Below are positions 1-9,236 of a stretch of DNA of 40,286 bases, piece after piece (the first letter of the stretch is position 1; every line of letters starts with the position of its first letter). A model generated the notes under the pieces. The model had not been told where the DNA came from and ran no database searches. It saw nothing but the letters and a program-made list of their open reading frames with translations. This DNA is from an uncultured Dehalococcoidia bacterium. GTDB lineage: Bacteria; Chloroflexota; Dehalococcoidia; Lucifugimonadales; UBA3495. A program made the position numbers and the translations under genes. The DNA lies in NCBI GenBank assembly GCA_950072105.1, contig CATMOE010000033.1:1-40286 (forward strand). The letters are read 5' to 3'.

Positions 1-437
1 GGGAAGCCGTTCTCGGCCAATTCGATCGCGGGCTGCAGTATCTGGGAAAAGCTCATGGTGCCGAACCGGGACAACGCGGTGGCCCAAGTGTCGACGATGG
101 CCGGCACACACGCCGGGAGGTAGCCGTCGCCGGGGATCAGGTCGATGCCATTTTCCCGGCACCACTGGATGGTGAACGCGTTGGGGGACGTGCCCATGCC
201 GCTGATGGCGAAGGTTCGACCTTCCCTGGCGGAGTAAATCAGCGTGGGCGCTTCTCCGCCGATGCCGTTGCTCTGGGGCTCCAGCAGATTAAGGCAGAAG
301 CACATGGCGGCGGCGGCATCGATGGCATTGCCACCCTGTTCCATGATGCGAAACCCGGCAGCGGTCGCCAGGTAATGGCCCGACGTAACTACCCCACGGG
401 TGCCCATGATTACCGGGCGCGTCGTCATTTCCGGCAT
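1..437 (-). CDS. ggt: gamma-glutamyltransferase family protein, N-terminal part (runs off left edge)
   Basis: Manual translation from ATG 437: MPEMTTRPVIMGTRGVVTSGHYLATAAGFRIMEQGGNAIDAAAAMCFCLNLLEPQSNGIGGE, the GGT N-terminal GGNAxDAA...EPxxxGIGG signature; GGAGGT SD upstream. Absent from the ORF track because it is truncated. Confidence 0.92.
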   Translation of the reverse strand, partial: MPEMTTRPVIMGTRGVVTSGHYLATAAGFRIMEQGGNAIDAAAAMCFCLNLLEPQSNGIGGEAPTLIYSAREGRTFAISGMGTSPNAFTIQWCRENGIDLIPGDGYLPACVPAIVDTWATALSRFGTMSFSQILQPAIELAENGF

Positions 438-546
438 GATTACCTCCTGAAATTTGCCACCCCAGTTTACACCCTGGCGCCCATATCTACTCTATCCGCC
501 GGCCAGACCCCTCGCACGGGCGTTGCCTCAAAAGTCTTCTCGACGA

Positions 547-645
547 TGTCACCCTGAGTACCGCGAAGGGTCTGGGGTGGTGGGCCCAAGCTACGCCGAC
601 GACCCCTCTCCCCAGATTCTTCGGCCTCCGGGCCTCAGAATGACA
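547..645. repeat. REP-like imperfect inverted repeat (TGTCA..CTGAG / CTCAGAATGACA type)
   Basis: TGTCACCCTGAG..CGAAGGGTCTGGGG at 547-577 pairs with CCCCAGATTCTTCG..CTCAGAATGACA at 610-645; intergenic between divergent genes. Confidence 0.7.
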
Positions 646-763
646 GTTTTGGGGCAAAGGGCCGCGAGAGCCGATGTCTGGGGAAAGCTTCCTGATGATT
701 TCCATCTGGTGCTTTACCTTGTAAAATCCACGAACAGCACAGGTTTTTAGCCGGAGGAATCCC

Positions 764-1768
764 ATGCCGCACAACATGCGGGCCAAGTTTGGCATAAGTC
801 TGTCCAACCGGGCGGTGCTGTTCGATTGGGCCACTACCGATGATCTGATCTCCGCCGCCAAAGTCGCCGAAGCGTCCGGTTATTTCCACGGCGTGTGGGT
901 CGGCGATAACCTGCTATCGAAGCCTAGATTGGAGTCAATCGTGACCTTGTCGGCCCTGGCGGCCCACACCTCCACGGTAACGTTGGGCACCATTTGTTTG
1001 GCCAGTTTTCCGCTTCGAGACCCGATCCTCCTTGCTATCCAATGGGCCAGCTTGGACGTTCTATCCGGGGGCAGGACGATTCTGGCGGTATGTAACGGCG
1101 CGTCGGAGCTTGACGGGCCTCAATTCGCCCACGAATTAGAAGTGATGGGCGTCAAGTCTAACCAAAGGGTAGGACGGGTCATCGAAGGGATACGGATATT
1201 GCGCCGCTTGTGGAGTGAGGAACAGGTCACGCACCAAGGGAAATATTTCCAGTTTGACGACGTGGAGTGTCTGCCCAAGCCGGTGCAGAAACCCATGCCC
1301 ATCCTCATCGCCGCCAACCCCAAACCAGGTCAGGCCGACGATGCCACAGTTGACCGCATCATGCGCCGGGTAGCGAAATATGCCGACGGCTGGCAGACGG
1401 ATGCCACTCCAGTGGAAACCTTCCGGCAAAGATTCCAGATCATCCAGGAATATGCCCACCAAGGTGGGCGGGATCCCTCTAAATTCGACTCCTGCCTGCA
1501 CCTGATGGTGAACATCAACAACGACCGGGATGAGGCGTACAAGGAAGCGGAAGTTTTCTTGACCTCTTACTACGGCGCCGGGGCCATATCCAGGGAACGG
1601 GCCGAACTGTGGCTAGCCTACGGCCCTCCCGAAGCCGTCATCGAGAAGATTCAAGCCTACATCGATGCCGGTTGCACCACGCCGGTGCTTAGGTTCGTCT
1701 CTCCGGACCTTTCCGGCCAGCTACAACGGTGCATCGAAGAGGTGCTGCCCGCCTTTCGGGTCAAATGA
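764..1768 (+). CDS. LLM-class (luciferase-like) flavin/F420-dependent oxidoreductase
   Basis: VWVGD, LDVLSGGR, LW...VTHQGKYFQF, PKPVQKPMPI, ADGW, EEVLPAF motifs; GGAGG SD. Confidence 0.93.
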   Translation: MPHNMRAKFGISLSNRAVLFDWATTDDLISAAKVAEASGYFHGVWVGDNLLSKPRLESIVTLSALAAHTSTVTLGTICLASFPLRDPILLAIQWASLDVLSGGRTILAVCNGASELDGPQFAHELEVMGVKSNQRVGRVIEGIRILRRLWSEEQVTHQGKYFQFDDVECLPKPVQKPMPILIAANPKPGQADDATVDRIMRRVAKYADGWQTDATPVETFRQRFQIIQEYAHQGGRDPSKFDSCLHLMVNINNDRDEAYKEAEVFLTSYYGAGAISRERAELWLAYGPPEAVIEKIQAYIDAGCTTPVLRFVSPDLSGQLQRCIEEVLPAFRVK

Positions 1769-1778
1769 TGTCCGGGGG

Positions 1779-2408
1779 CTAGGTTTCCAGGTCCCGGAGC
1801 ACCGCCCGGCAAGGTGCGCCGTCGCTATCCCCCAGTGGGATGGGCAAGCACATTAGCTCGTAGCGTCCCGGCGCCACCTCCGACAGGTCTATCCCCTCCA
1901 GGAGAACGACCCCGTGATCCAAGAACGCCCGGTGCACCGGAACCTGCTCGTCGGCGTGGGCCACCGAGAGATAGTCCAAGCCCACCAATTCAACTCCTAG
2001 CTCGACCAGGGACTGGGCGGCCTCTACGGAGAATGCGACGAAGTCCGGGTCGTATTCTTGCTTGTGGAGCAACGCGGAATTGCGGGTCTTGAACAGCACC
2101 CGTGTAGCTCCGTCTAGCCTTATTCCGGCGACGTGCTCTTTGGTGATGTACCGCTCCGCCTCTACGGCGTACACCAAAGCCGGACCGATGAATCGCTCCA
2201 CCGGCAACTGGTCGATGGTATTACCGTCCGCCACGAAATGGAAAGGAGCGTCGATGTGGGTGCCCGAGTGGACGCTCATGTTCAACGCCGAGCTGTTGTT
2301 GGGGTCTCCCTTGCTCATGCGGCGGCGCTCTTCCAACTCGAAAGGTGCCGCGGTAACCCACCGTACAGTCTCGCCCGAAAGCTTTAGAGAGATATCGTGA
2401 AATGACAT
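1779..2408 (-). CDS. cyclase family protein (kynurenine formamidase/arylformamidase-like)
   Basis: HSGTHIDAPFHF (HxGTHxDAPxH) motif, GLDYLS, DGAPCRAVL; GGAGG SD. Confidence 0.9.
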   Translation of the reverse strand: MSFHDISLKLSGETVRWVTAAPFELEERRRMSKGDPNNSSALNMSVHSGTHIDAPFHFVADGNTIDQLPVERFIGPALVYAVEAERYITKEHVAGIRLDGATRVLFKTRNSALLHKQEYDPDFVAFSVEAAQSLVELGVELVGLDYLSVAHADEQVPVHRAFLDHGVVLLEGIDLSEVAPGRYELMCLPIPLGDSDGAPCRAVLRDLET

Positions 2409-2451
2409 CCGTGCCTCCCCTCGCGGACTCCGCCGCGAAAAATAGCCGGTT

Positions 2452-3561
2452 CTACATCAGATCCTGAAGCACTCTTCTCAGATCGTCGTGGCTCAATGGA
2501 GTTGGCAGCGCGCTAACACGGTCCCAACGGGTATGCTCCACCAATGTGTCCAAACAGCCGGTTGTGATGCCCAGGGAAGAAAGGCCGGTTTTCAGCCCAC
2601 AGTTCTCCATGATCTGATCGATTCTTCCAACAGCCTCTTCCAGACCCGTTACGCCTAATGCGCCCCACAAGGCCGCGAGCTTGGTGGAGATCGCCGGAGC
2701 CGTCCACCGCAACATGGCGGACAATGTTATGCCAACCGCCTGCCCGTGGGCAACTTCCCAATGGAGCGTCAGCGGGCTGCCTATGGCATGGCAAACGTTT
2801 GGGTGGCTGTTGCTGTACGCCACACCCGACATGGTAGCGGCCAGGGAGCACTCCGACCGCGACGCCAGGTCGCCGATGTTGCAGGATTTCTCTAGGTGGT
2901 TGGCGAATATTCGGATAACCTGAAGGTCCAGAGCGTCGGATACGGGCTCGGCCTCGATGGACCAGTAGGACTCGAAGGCGCTGGTGAAGGCGTCGATACC
3001 GGTCAAGGCAGCCAGTTCTTTCGGCATGCTCATCGCCAGTTCAGGATCGACGATCGCCACATCGGGAAACATCCCGGGGTGGATCAAGTTGATCGACCGC
3101 TTGGCTTCCCAGTCCCAAACCGCTGCCCCGGCGGTGACCTCGCTGCTGCTCCCCGAGGTGGTAGGCACGGCGATAAAGGGGACACCGTGGTGGGAGATTT
3201 TTCTTTCCCCGGTCAAGTACTCATCCCAAGTACCTTCGTGAGTCATGAGAACGCTCACGATCTTGCCCGTGTCGATGGCGCTGCCGCCGCCGATGGCCAC
3301 GACGAGTTGGGACGAGGATTGGCGGCATGCATCCAACGCGTCCTCAACCAACTGGGGTCCGGGGAAGGGTGTGACTCGGTCGAACAACGTTACCCGCGAG
3401 GACCCTATACTGTCCACGACCTGTTGTAACACCCCGGACTTTCGTAGGTTGCTCTGCCCGGTGACTAGGAAGATCCTGGCTTGAGCGCCGGCAACCTGCT
3501 CGATCGCCGCCGGTAGCTCAGCGAGCCGGCCGGGGCCAAAGATAACTTTGGTGGGATTCAA
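2452..3561 (-). CDS. iron-containing alcohol dehydrogenase family protein (true start may be ACG at 3594)
   Basis: PTKVIFG, AIGGGSAIDTGK, VPTTSGSSSEVT, AIVDPEL motifs. Confidence 0.88.
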   Translation of the reverse strand: MNPTKVIFGPGRLAELPAAIEQVAGAQARIFLVTGQSNLRKSGVLQQVVDSIGSSRVTLFDRVTPFPGPQLVEDALDACRQSSSQLVVAIGGGSAIDTGKIVSVLMTHEGTWDEYLTGERKISHHGVPFIAVPTTSGSSSEVTAGAAVWDWEAKRSINLIHPGMFPDVAIVDPELAMSMPKELAALTGIDAFTSAFESYWSIEAEPVSDALDLQVIRIFANHLEKSCNIGDLASRSECSLAATMSGVAYSNSHPNVCHAIGSPLTLHWEVAHGQAVGITLSAMLRWTAPAISTKLAALWGALGVTGLEEAVGRIDQIMENCGLKTGLSSLGITTGCLDTLVEHTRWDRVSALPTPLSHDDLRRVLQDLM

Positions 3562-3810
3562 CCAAGTAAACTGGGGTAGCGATATATCCGCCGTGGCGAC
3601 ACCTGCTTTGCTAAGGGTAGCCTATTCTACCACCCGCCCCTAACCTCCCTACCAGATCAGGCCGCCTACAGGCCATGCCTTGTTTGGTAGACTAACGATG
3701 CAGACCAACACCATTTCTTCGTCAAAGGAGACATCAATGACCGTGTCCGTCCCCGATCTCCGTTCCGGTCCTGGCGTCAGGGGAGGACAGTTGGAAGAGG
3801 ATCCCAGGTT

Positions 3811-5397
3811 ATGACATTCACCGGCCTGATGATTCTGGCCTCCGGATTTGGCCTCATGGCCCTAGCCGGCATTCTGGCAGTCAGCCGGCGAATACGGAAT
3901 TACAAGAATTCCGGGTCACCGATATCCCAGAGCGCCAATTACAAATGGTGGGTGTTCGGGACCGTTGCCACGGGCACCTTCATGTCGGTTGTGGGCCACG
4001 GCAGTATCTTGATCGCCTTGCCCACCATCGCCAGGCATTTTGATGCCGGATTGACCATGGTCCTGTGGATAGCCATCAGCGAAACCCTCGCTGTTTCTTC
4101 GCTGCTATTACCGATGGGGCGGATATCGGATATTCTGGGCCGAAAGCAGGTGTACATCACTGGATACACTGTATTCATACTCGCTTCAGCCGCGGCGGGT
4201 TTTTCGATTAGCCTGCCAATGCTAATCGCGGCTAGGGTGGTCCAAGGCATGGGTTCGGCCATGGTTCAGGCCAACGGCCAGGCTATGGTGCTCTCGGTGT
4301 TCCCAGGGAACGAGCGAGGTAAAGCTTTAGGGACTCAGTTCAGCGTGTTGGGCGTTGGGTCGATGAGCGGCATGGTACTGGGTGGCTTACTGGTCAGCAC
4401 CTTGGGTTGGCGCTTCGTCTTTCTCATCAACATTCCGGTGGGCATCATCGCCGTCGCCGCGGCTATCCTCATTCTCGACAAAAGCCGGTTCGTCCAGGAT
4501 ACCCAGGGAGGCCGGCGTCCAACCTTCGACTGGGTGGGATCGATACTGAGCTCAGCTGCACTGCTGACGGTCCTCTTAGCCATGACCTTCGGTAACCGGT
4601 CCGGTTGGGGATCAGGCCCAGTCTTGTCGGGACTGGCGGCTTTCGTGATTCTTCTGGGCGGCTTCATCTGGTGGGAGCTGCACACGCCGTCTCCCATGCT
4701 GGACCTGCGCTTGTTCCAGCGAAAACTGGTTGCCATGGGAATCGCGGCCGGATGGCTATCATTCCTGGGTAGCTCCGGAGTGCGGTTTCTTATGGCGATC
4801 TACTTGCAGAGCGCCCTAGGTTTTAGTCCCAGGGATGCCGGTTTAATCACACTACCCATGGCCATCACAATGACCTTCGTAGGTCCTATCGCCGGGCGCC
4901 TCTCGGACCGGTACGGATGGCAGAAATTCAACGTGGGCGGGTCGGCTCTGGCTGCCCTTGCCCTGTTTCTTCTCTCATTGACCCTGACACAGACTTCTCC
5001 CGTGAAACTGATAATCCTGCTTTTGGTGCTCCAGAGTGCGGGCACCGGATTGTTCGGCTCACCCAACAATAGCTCCATCCTCAGCACGGTGGAGAGGTCC
5101 AGGTATGGGATAATGTCGGCCCTGACGTCGCTGACGCGGAACTCGGCCAATATCACCAGCAATGTGGTTGCCACGGCCATAGTGGTGACAACCATGGCCT
5201 CACTCGGCGCTGAGCCCAGCCTATCCGCTGTTTCCAGCGACCCACAGGCATTTGTAGCGGGACTCAACCGGGCATTTATGGCCGCGGGGTTAATGGTGGT
5301 ATTGGCGATGATAATATCCTTCGTAAAAGGCGACCGTCCTAAGGGCGCGCTCAATCAAACGGTTCAATCGCCGGCCAGAGAGGCCTCGACACGCTAA
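3811..5397 (+). CDS. MFS transporter, DHA2 (EmrB/QacA, 14-TMS) type
   Basis: ALPTI, GRISDILGRK motif A, ERGKALG, WRFVFLINIPVG, PMLDLRLF, GRLSDRYG. Confidence 0.93.
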   Translation: MTFTGLMILASGFGLMALAGILAVSRRIRNYKNSGSPISQSANYKWWVFGTVATGTFMSVVGHGSILIALPTIARHFDAGLTMVLWIAISETLAVSSLLLPMGRISDILGRKQVYITGYTVFILASAAAGFSISLPMLIAARVVQGMGSAMVQANGQAMVLSVFPGNERGKALGTQFSVLGVGSMSGMVLGGLLVSTLGWRFVFLINIPVGIIAVAAAILILDKSRFVQDTQGGRRPTFDWVGSILSSAALLTVLLAMTFGNRSGWGSGPVLSGLAAFVILLGGFIWWELHTPSPMLDLRLFQRKLVAMGIAAGWLSFLGSSGVRFLMAIYLQSALGFSPRDAGLITLPMAITMTFVGPIAGRLSDRYGWQKFNVGGSALAALALFLLSLTLTQTSPVKLIILLLVLQSAGTGLFGSPNNSSILSTVERSRYGIMSALTSLTRNSANITSNVVATAIVVTTMASLGAEPSLSAVSSDPQAFVAGLNRAFMAAGLMVVLAMIISFVKGDRPKGALNQTVQSPAREASTR

Positions 5398-5441
5398 CTA
5401 CGGGTGCGCCACCGCGCCATTCTTCACCAGAGGAGATAGCA

Positions 5442-6785
5442 ATGCAGGTCCCATCGCAGGTATTCAAGCTGATCAAAGCGGGCCGTTTGATCGACGGTAT
5501 GGGAGGCCCTCCTATCCAAGATGGGGCAGTGCTCGTGCAGGGCGATAAAATCATCGCCGCGGGTCCAGTTGGGGAGGTGGTTGCTCCTGAAGGGGCGACG
5601 GTGGATACATACGACTACCCAGGCAAGACAGTCATGCCGGGTATGATCGACTGTCATACCCACCATAACGGCTTCGGTGATGGGCGTCCCGGCGAGGATG
5701 TGGCGGCGCTGCCCGACGAAGTGATCACGTTGCAAGCGGCCCGCAACGCCAGGGACAGTTTGTTCTCCGGTGTTACGTCCATCAGGGACAATGGCGCGAA
5801 AAATATGACGATGTTCCGGCTACGGGAGGCGGTGAACCTTGGCATAATCCAGGCCCCTCGCATGGTTCTGTGCGGCCGGCCCATAGCCATCGTTGGCGGA
5901 CACATGGGTTACTTCGGGTCTGAAGTGACCGGTCCGGTGGAAGCCACGGCCGCCGTTCGCCAGTTGATCAAAGAGGGCGCCGACTACATAAAGATCAGCG
6001 CCACCGGAGGCAGCACCCGCACCTCTTTCCCTTTGCTGCCCGCTTTCACGTTGGATGAGCTTAAGGCGATGACCGGCGAGGCCCATAAGTTTGGCAAATT
6101 GACCGCGACGCATTGCGCCTCCACCCAGGGGACCATCGATTCACTGGACGCCGGGGTGGACATGATAATCCACTGCGTGTTCAAAGACGCTGACGGCAAG
6201 GCAAATTTCCGGGAAGACGTGGCGGAGCGGATCGGCGCTCAGGGGGCTTACGTAAACCCGACCGTGCACACAGCTAGAGCAACGTTGTGGTCGTTGCAAA
6301 GAAGAAAAGAGGCCCAAGGGTTGAGCGCCCAAGAGCAAGCCAGATTGGATGAAAGTTTGTGGGAACTGGAGGTGCGTTGGACCCATCTTGCCCGGTTGAT
6401 AGAAATGGGGTTGAAGATCATCACCGGGTCGGACTCTTCGTGGAGTAGCTACAAGTTAGGCAACACGGTGTACGAGACCGAATGCTTGGTCCAGGCGGGG
6501 ATGTCTCCGATGAAGGGGATCGTTTCCGTCACCAGCGATGCCGCCAAGTCGCTGGGCATCGATTCAGTTACGGGCTCCTTGGAACCGGGCAAGGAAGCCG
6601 ACGTCATCATCGTTGACGGCAACCCGGCTGAGGACATCAACGCGCTGTGGAACATCGCCGAGGTGTTCCTGGGTGGGCAGAAAGTGGACCGGGGTCCGGA
6701 GAGCGTCCTGGCAGGTGTACGCCAACATCCACCCGTCTCCCGCCCCGAATCCTCTATCGAAATCGCTTTGGAGGCCAGGCACTAA
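5442..6785 (+). CDS. amidohydrolase family protein (metal-dependent, prolidase-like)
   Basis: PGMIDCHTH, GADYIK, ATHC, IIHC, GSDS, GSLEPGKEADVIIVDGNP; AGGAG SD. Confidence 0.92.
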   Translation: MQVPSQVFKLIKAGRLIDGMGGPPIQDGAVLVQGDKIIAAGPVGEVVAPEGATVDTYDYPGKTVMPGMIDCHTHHNGFGDGRPGEDVAALPDEVITLQAARNARDSLFSGVTSIRDNGAKNMTMFRLREAVNLGIIQAPRMVLCGRPIAIVGGHMGYFGSEVTGPVEATAAVRQLIKEGADYIKISATGGSTRTSFPLLPAFTLDELKAMTGEAHKFGKLTATHCASTQGTIDSLDAGVDMIIHCVFKDADGKANFREDVAERIGAQGAYVNPTVHTARATLWSLQRRKEAQGLSAQEQARLDESLWELEVRWTHLARLIEMGLKIITGSDSSWSSYKLGNTVYETECLVQAGMSPMKGIVSVTSDAAKSLGIDSVTGSLEPGKEADVIIVDGNPAEDINALWNIAEVFLGGQKVDRGPESVLAGVRQHPPVSRPESSIEIALEARH

Positions 6786-6868
6786 GGCCCAGTTTCCGGG
6801 TCCTCTGGCCGCGGTCTCTCGCGTTAGGAAGAGCTACGCGGAGACTGGTGGTCTGCCGTTACTCTAGG

Positions 6869-7351
6869 CTAGCAATCTATCTTGAGTTGGCTGGGATCGT
6901 GGGCCTCGATTGCTGGAGCGCCCTTATAGTCCACAATCGTACCCGTGACGCATACCGTGTGTCCCTCGTATTCACCTGCAAAATTCGGTGGGAAATTCTT
7001 GTGGTAGTCTTTCCAAATAACCACTTGGAATGTTATTGGGGCTTCCAAGTCACCTCGGAGATGAAAGGGGAGTTGGCTTACTATGCCCGGATTATCAAAG
7101 ATGATGGTGTAGGGCCGGCCTTTCGCGCTATGTTTGTAGTTGTAGTCTACGACGCTGCCCCTCACCGTTCCAACCTCTCCCATGTGCTCTCCGGCCTTGG
7201 CTGACGGGATGTAACCCGTCGCCACTTCCGCAGCCAACTCAGCCTCCGAAGCTGGGGCAATTCCTTGGGTCTCACTCGTGCCGCATGCGGTGAGCGCCAG
7301 CACTCCGATAGCTCCAAACACCCACAAGGAAAACATGTAGCTCAGTCGCAT
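6869..7351 (-). CDS. putative lipoprotein with OB-fold-like domain
   Basis: Hydrophobic N-terminus with LTAC lipobox; 'HMGEVGTVRGSV...VCVTGTIVDYKGAPAIE..PSQL' resembles OB-fold modules. Confidence 0.7.
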   Translation of the reverse strand: MRLSYMFSLWVFGAIGVLALTACGTSETQGIAPASEAELAAEVATGYIPSAKAGEHMGEVGTVRGSVVDYNYKHSAKGRPYTIIFDNPGIVSQLPFHLRGDLEAPITFQVVIWKDYHKNFPPNFAGEYEGHTVCVTGTIVDYKGAPAIEAHDPSQLKIDC

Positions 7352-7366
7352 ACTCGACCTTCTTGA

Positions 7367-8206
7367 TCAGAATCCCTTGAACCAGGCGTTGAAGTTCTTG
7401 GCCTGGTCTTGCGAACCCTCGATGGACAGCCGGCCGTCGGCAACTGCGCGCTCCACTTGCAATCGACCGTACATCAAAAGGATGTAATTCCCGGTGTTGC
7501 AGCGAAGGACGGCGTCAGCCGGTTCCGGGCCGGACGGTCCCGCCTGGTAGCTGTCGCCGTTGACCAGCAGGTCTTGGTGAACCGTCACTGGGCTGGCTAC
7601 GTCAAATCGATACCGCACCGGTGTGGGCAGGTCCAGTCCGGGCGTGAAGGCAGTGCGGAGCCATCGGGGGGCCAGATCAACCAGCGCGGGCAGGGGTCCT
7701 TCCCACAGTTCGGCCGCGCTATCCAAACCGGAGCGAACATCCCAGCCGTGAAGCGCCAGTTCTTGTAGCTGTATGCCAAGATAACCCCGGATTGGGAGAG
7801 CGCCGCGCCGGTGGAAGCAGGGTTTGTCCAAATCTTCGTCGGTCAGGTCTAACAAGACCTTCCCGAGGCGATCGTGCCCCGCGATGAAAGCATCCAAGAT
7901 CTGGGTTCCTGATTCCCGGCGGGACGCCCTGGCGGCTGGCCCGGTGGGATGAGAAGCCTTCTCTCCCGCTGCTAGAAACGACTGCCCTTCCGGCGGTCCG
8001 GCGTCGCCGGCGACTGCTCTGGTGATGTTACTGGCCCAGCCACCGGCGTTTCCGGCAAGATGAGACACCACGTCCTCATTGGTCCACCCTTCGCAGGTGC
8101 TGTCCTTAGCCCACGTCTGGGCGTCAAGGCCTGACAGAAAGTCTCGCAAACGGGACGCTTCGCCGATGACCGTTTGAACTATGCCGCTTGTCTCGCTGGT
8201 TGCCAT
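7367..8206 (-). CDS. maleylpyruvate isomerase (MDMPI/DinB-like) family protein with C-terminal SCP2-like domain
   Basis: CEGWTNEDVVSHL and ELALHGWDVR motifs; ATG 8206 with GAAGGGG SD. Confidence 0.85.
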   Translation of the reverse strand: MATSETSGIVQTVIGEASRLRDFLSGLDAQTWAKDSTCEGWTNEDVVSHLAGNAGGWASNITRAVAGDAGPPEGQSFLAAGEKASHPTGPAARASRRESGTQILDAFIAGHDRLGKVLLDLTDEDLDKPCFHRRGALPIRGYLGIQLQELALHGWDVRSGLDSAAELWEGPLPALVDLAPRWLRTAFTPGLDLPTPVRYRFDVASPVTVHQDLLVNGDSYQAGPSGPEPADAVLRCNTGNYILLMYGRLQVERAVADGRLSIEGSQDQAKNFNAWFKGF

Positions 8207-8290
8207 GATTTCCCCTTCTACCAAACACTTCTTAGGATGCCAGGGGCATCCACGCCGCTGAGGCCACGTAGACCCCGTCGGTCACCCAGT

Positions 8291-8911
8291 TCAACGCAAT
8301 CGTGCCGTCAGTTGAGCCTTGGCCTCTGGCCACTCGGAATCCAGGATCGAAAACGTGGAGGAATCCCGGATAGCGCCATCGAGCGCAACCCGGTCGGCCC
8401 GGATGACGCCATCTAGGTGCATGCCCAGCCGCAGAATGGCGCGGCATGAGCGTTCATTGCGCGAGTCCGCTTGGATCCTAACTCGATGAACAAGCCAAGT
8501 TTCAAAGGCATGGGTCAGCATGAGCAGCTTTGCCTCGGTGTTTATTCCTGTCCGCTGAGCATCGGCCGCAAGCCAAGTCGTCCCGATATATACCGCGTCG
8601 GGTAAATGCTTGCCTCGTTGGTTCGGGTTCCCAGGAGGCCAATCCCAGAACTCAGCGTGATGGAACCGGGTCGAACCGGCTACTCTTCCAGTATTGAGAT
8701 CAATGGTGGCGAAAGGGAGCATGGTCCCAACATCCCGGCCGGCCAATGCGGTCTCCACATAGGAACCCATGGCGTCGGCACCCGCTGGGACATACGTGAA
8801 CCCGTAGGTATCCCGGGACTGACTCGCCGCCTGAACCAAGGCCGGTATGTGGTCAACCGAAAGGGGCTCGAGCCGGACATGTCGTCCTTCAAGTGTGACG
8901 GGATCTAACAC
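8291..8911 (-). CDS. GNAT N-acetyltransferase, RimJ/RimL type
   Basis: LEGRHVRLEPL, IGTTWL...QRTGINTEAKLLMLTHAFE, NERS..AILRLG, SILDSEWP. Confidence 0.92.
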   Translation of the reverse strand: MLDPVTLEGRHVRLEPLSVDHIPALVQAASQSRDTYGFTYVPAGADAMGSYVETALAGRDVGTMLPFATIDLNTGRVAGSTRFHHAEFWDWPPGNPNQRGKHLPDAVYIGTTWLAADAQRTGINTEAKLLMLTHAFETWLVHRVRIQADSRNERSCRAILRLGMHLDGVIRADRVALDGAIRDSSTFSILDSEWPEAKAQLTARLR

Positions 8912-9004
8912 CCTAACTGCTCCTTATTCGTAGGTTGTCCGTCTCGGACTCCAGATCCGAGTGGCAACCGGTTGACGGAGGCTCAGTATAGCATCAGCGC
9001 TACC

Positions 9005-9086
9005 CACCCCCTCTCTAACTCTCCCCCTTTACGGGGGAGAGGACAAATCCCTTCCCCCTTGAGGGGGGAAGGTTAGGATGGGAGTG
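9005..9086. repeat. REP-like double-hairpin palindrome (CCCC..CTAAC.CTCCCCC / GGGGGAAGGTTAGG type)
   Basis: Two adjacent hairpins CTCCCCC-TTTAC-GGGGGAG and CTTCCCCC-TTGAG-GGGGGAAG closed by CACCCCCTCTCTAAC / GTTAGGATGGGAGTG; a half copy (CACCCGCCCCTAACCTCCC) at 3631-3649. Confidence 0.7.
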
Positions 9087-9236
9087 ATTGGCCGCATGAC
9101 AAAACTAATTCGGCAAAGTACTAACCTTTACCCAATAACACCTTACCCTTGAACAAGGCCATCAAACCCGGTCATGTTGGCCCGCCGCCACCCGATGATT
9201 TACACTAGCCCTTAACACCGGACGGGAGGGACATTC

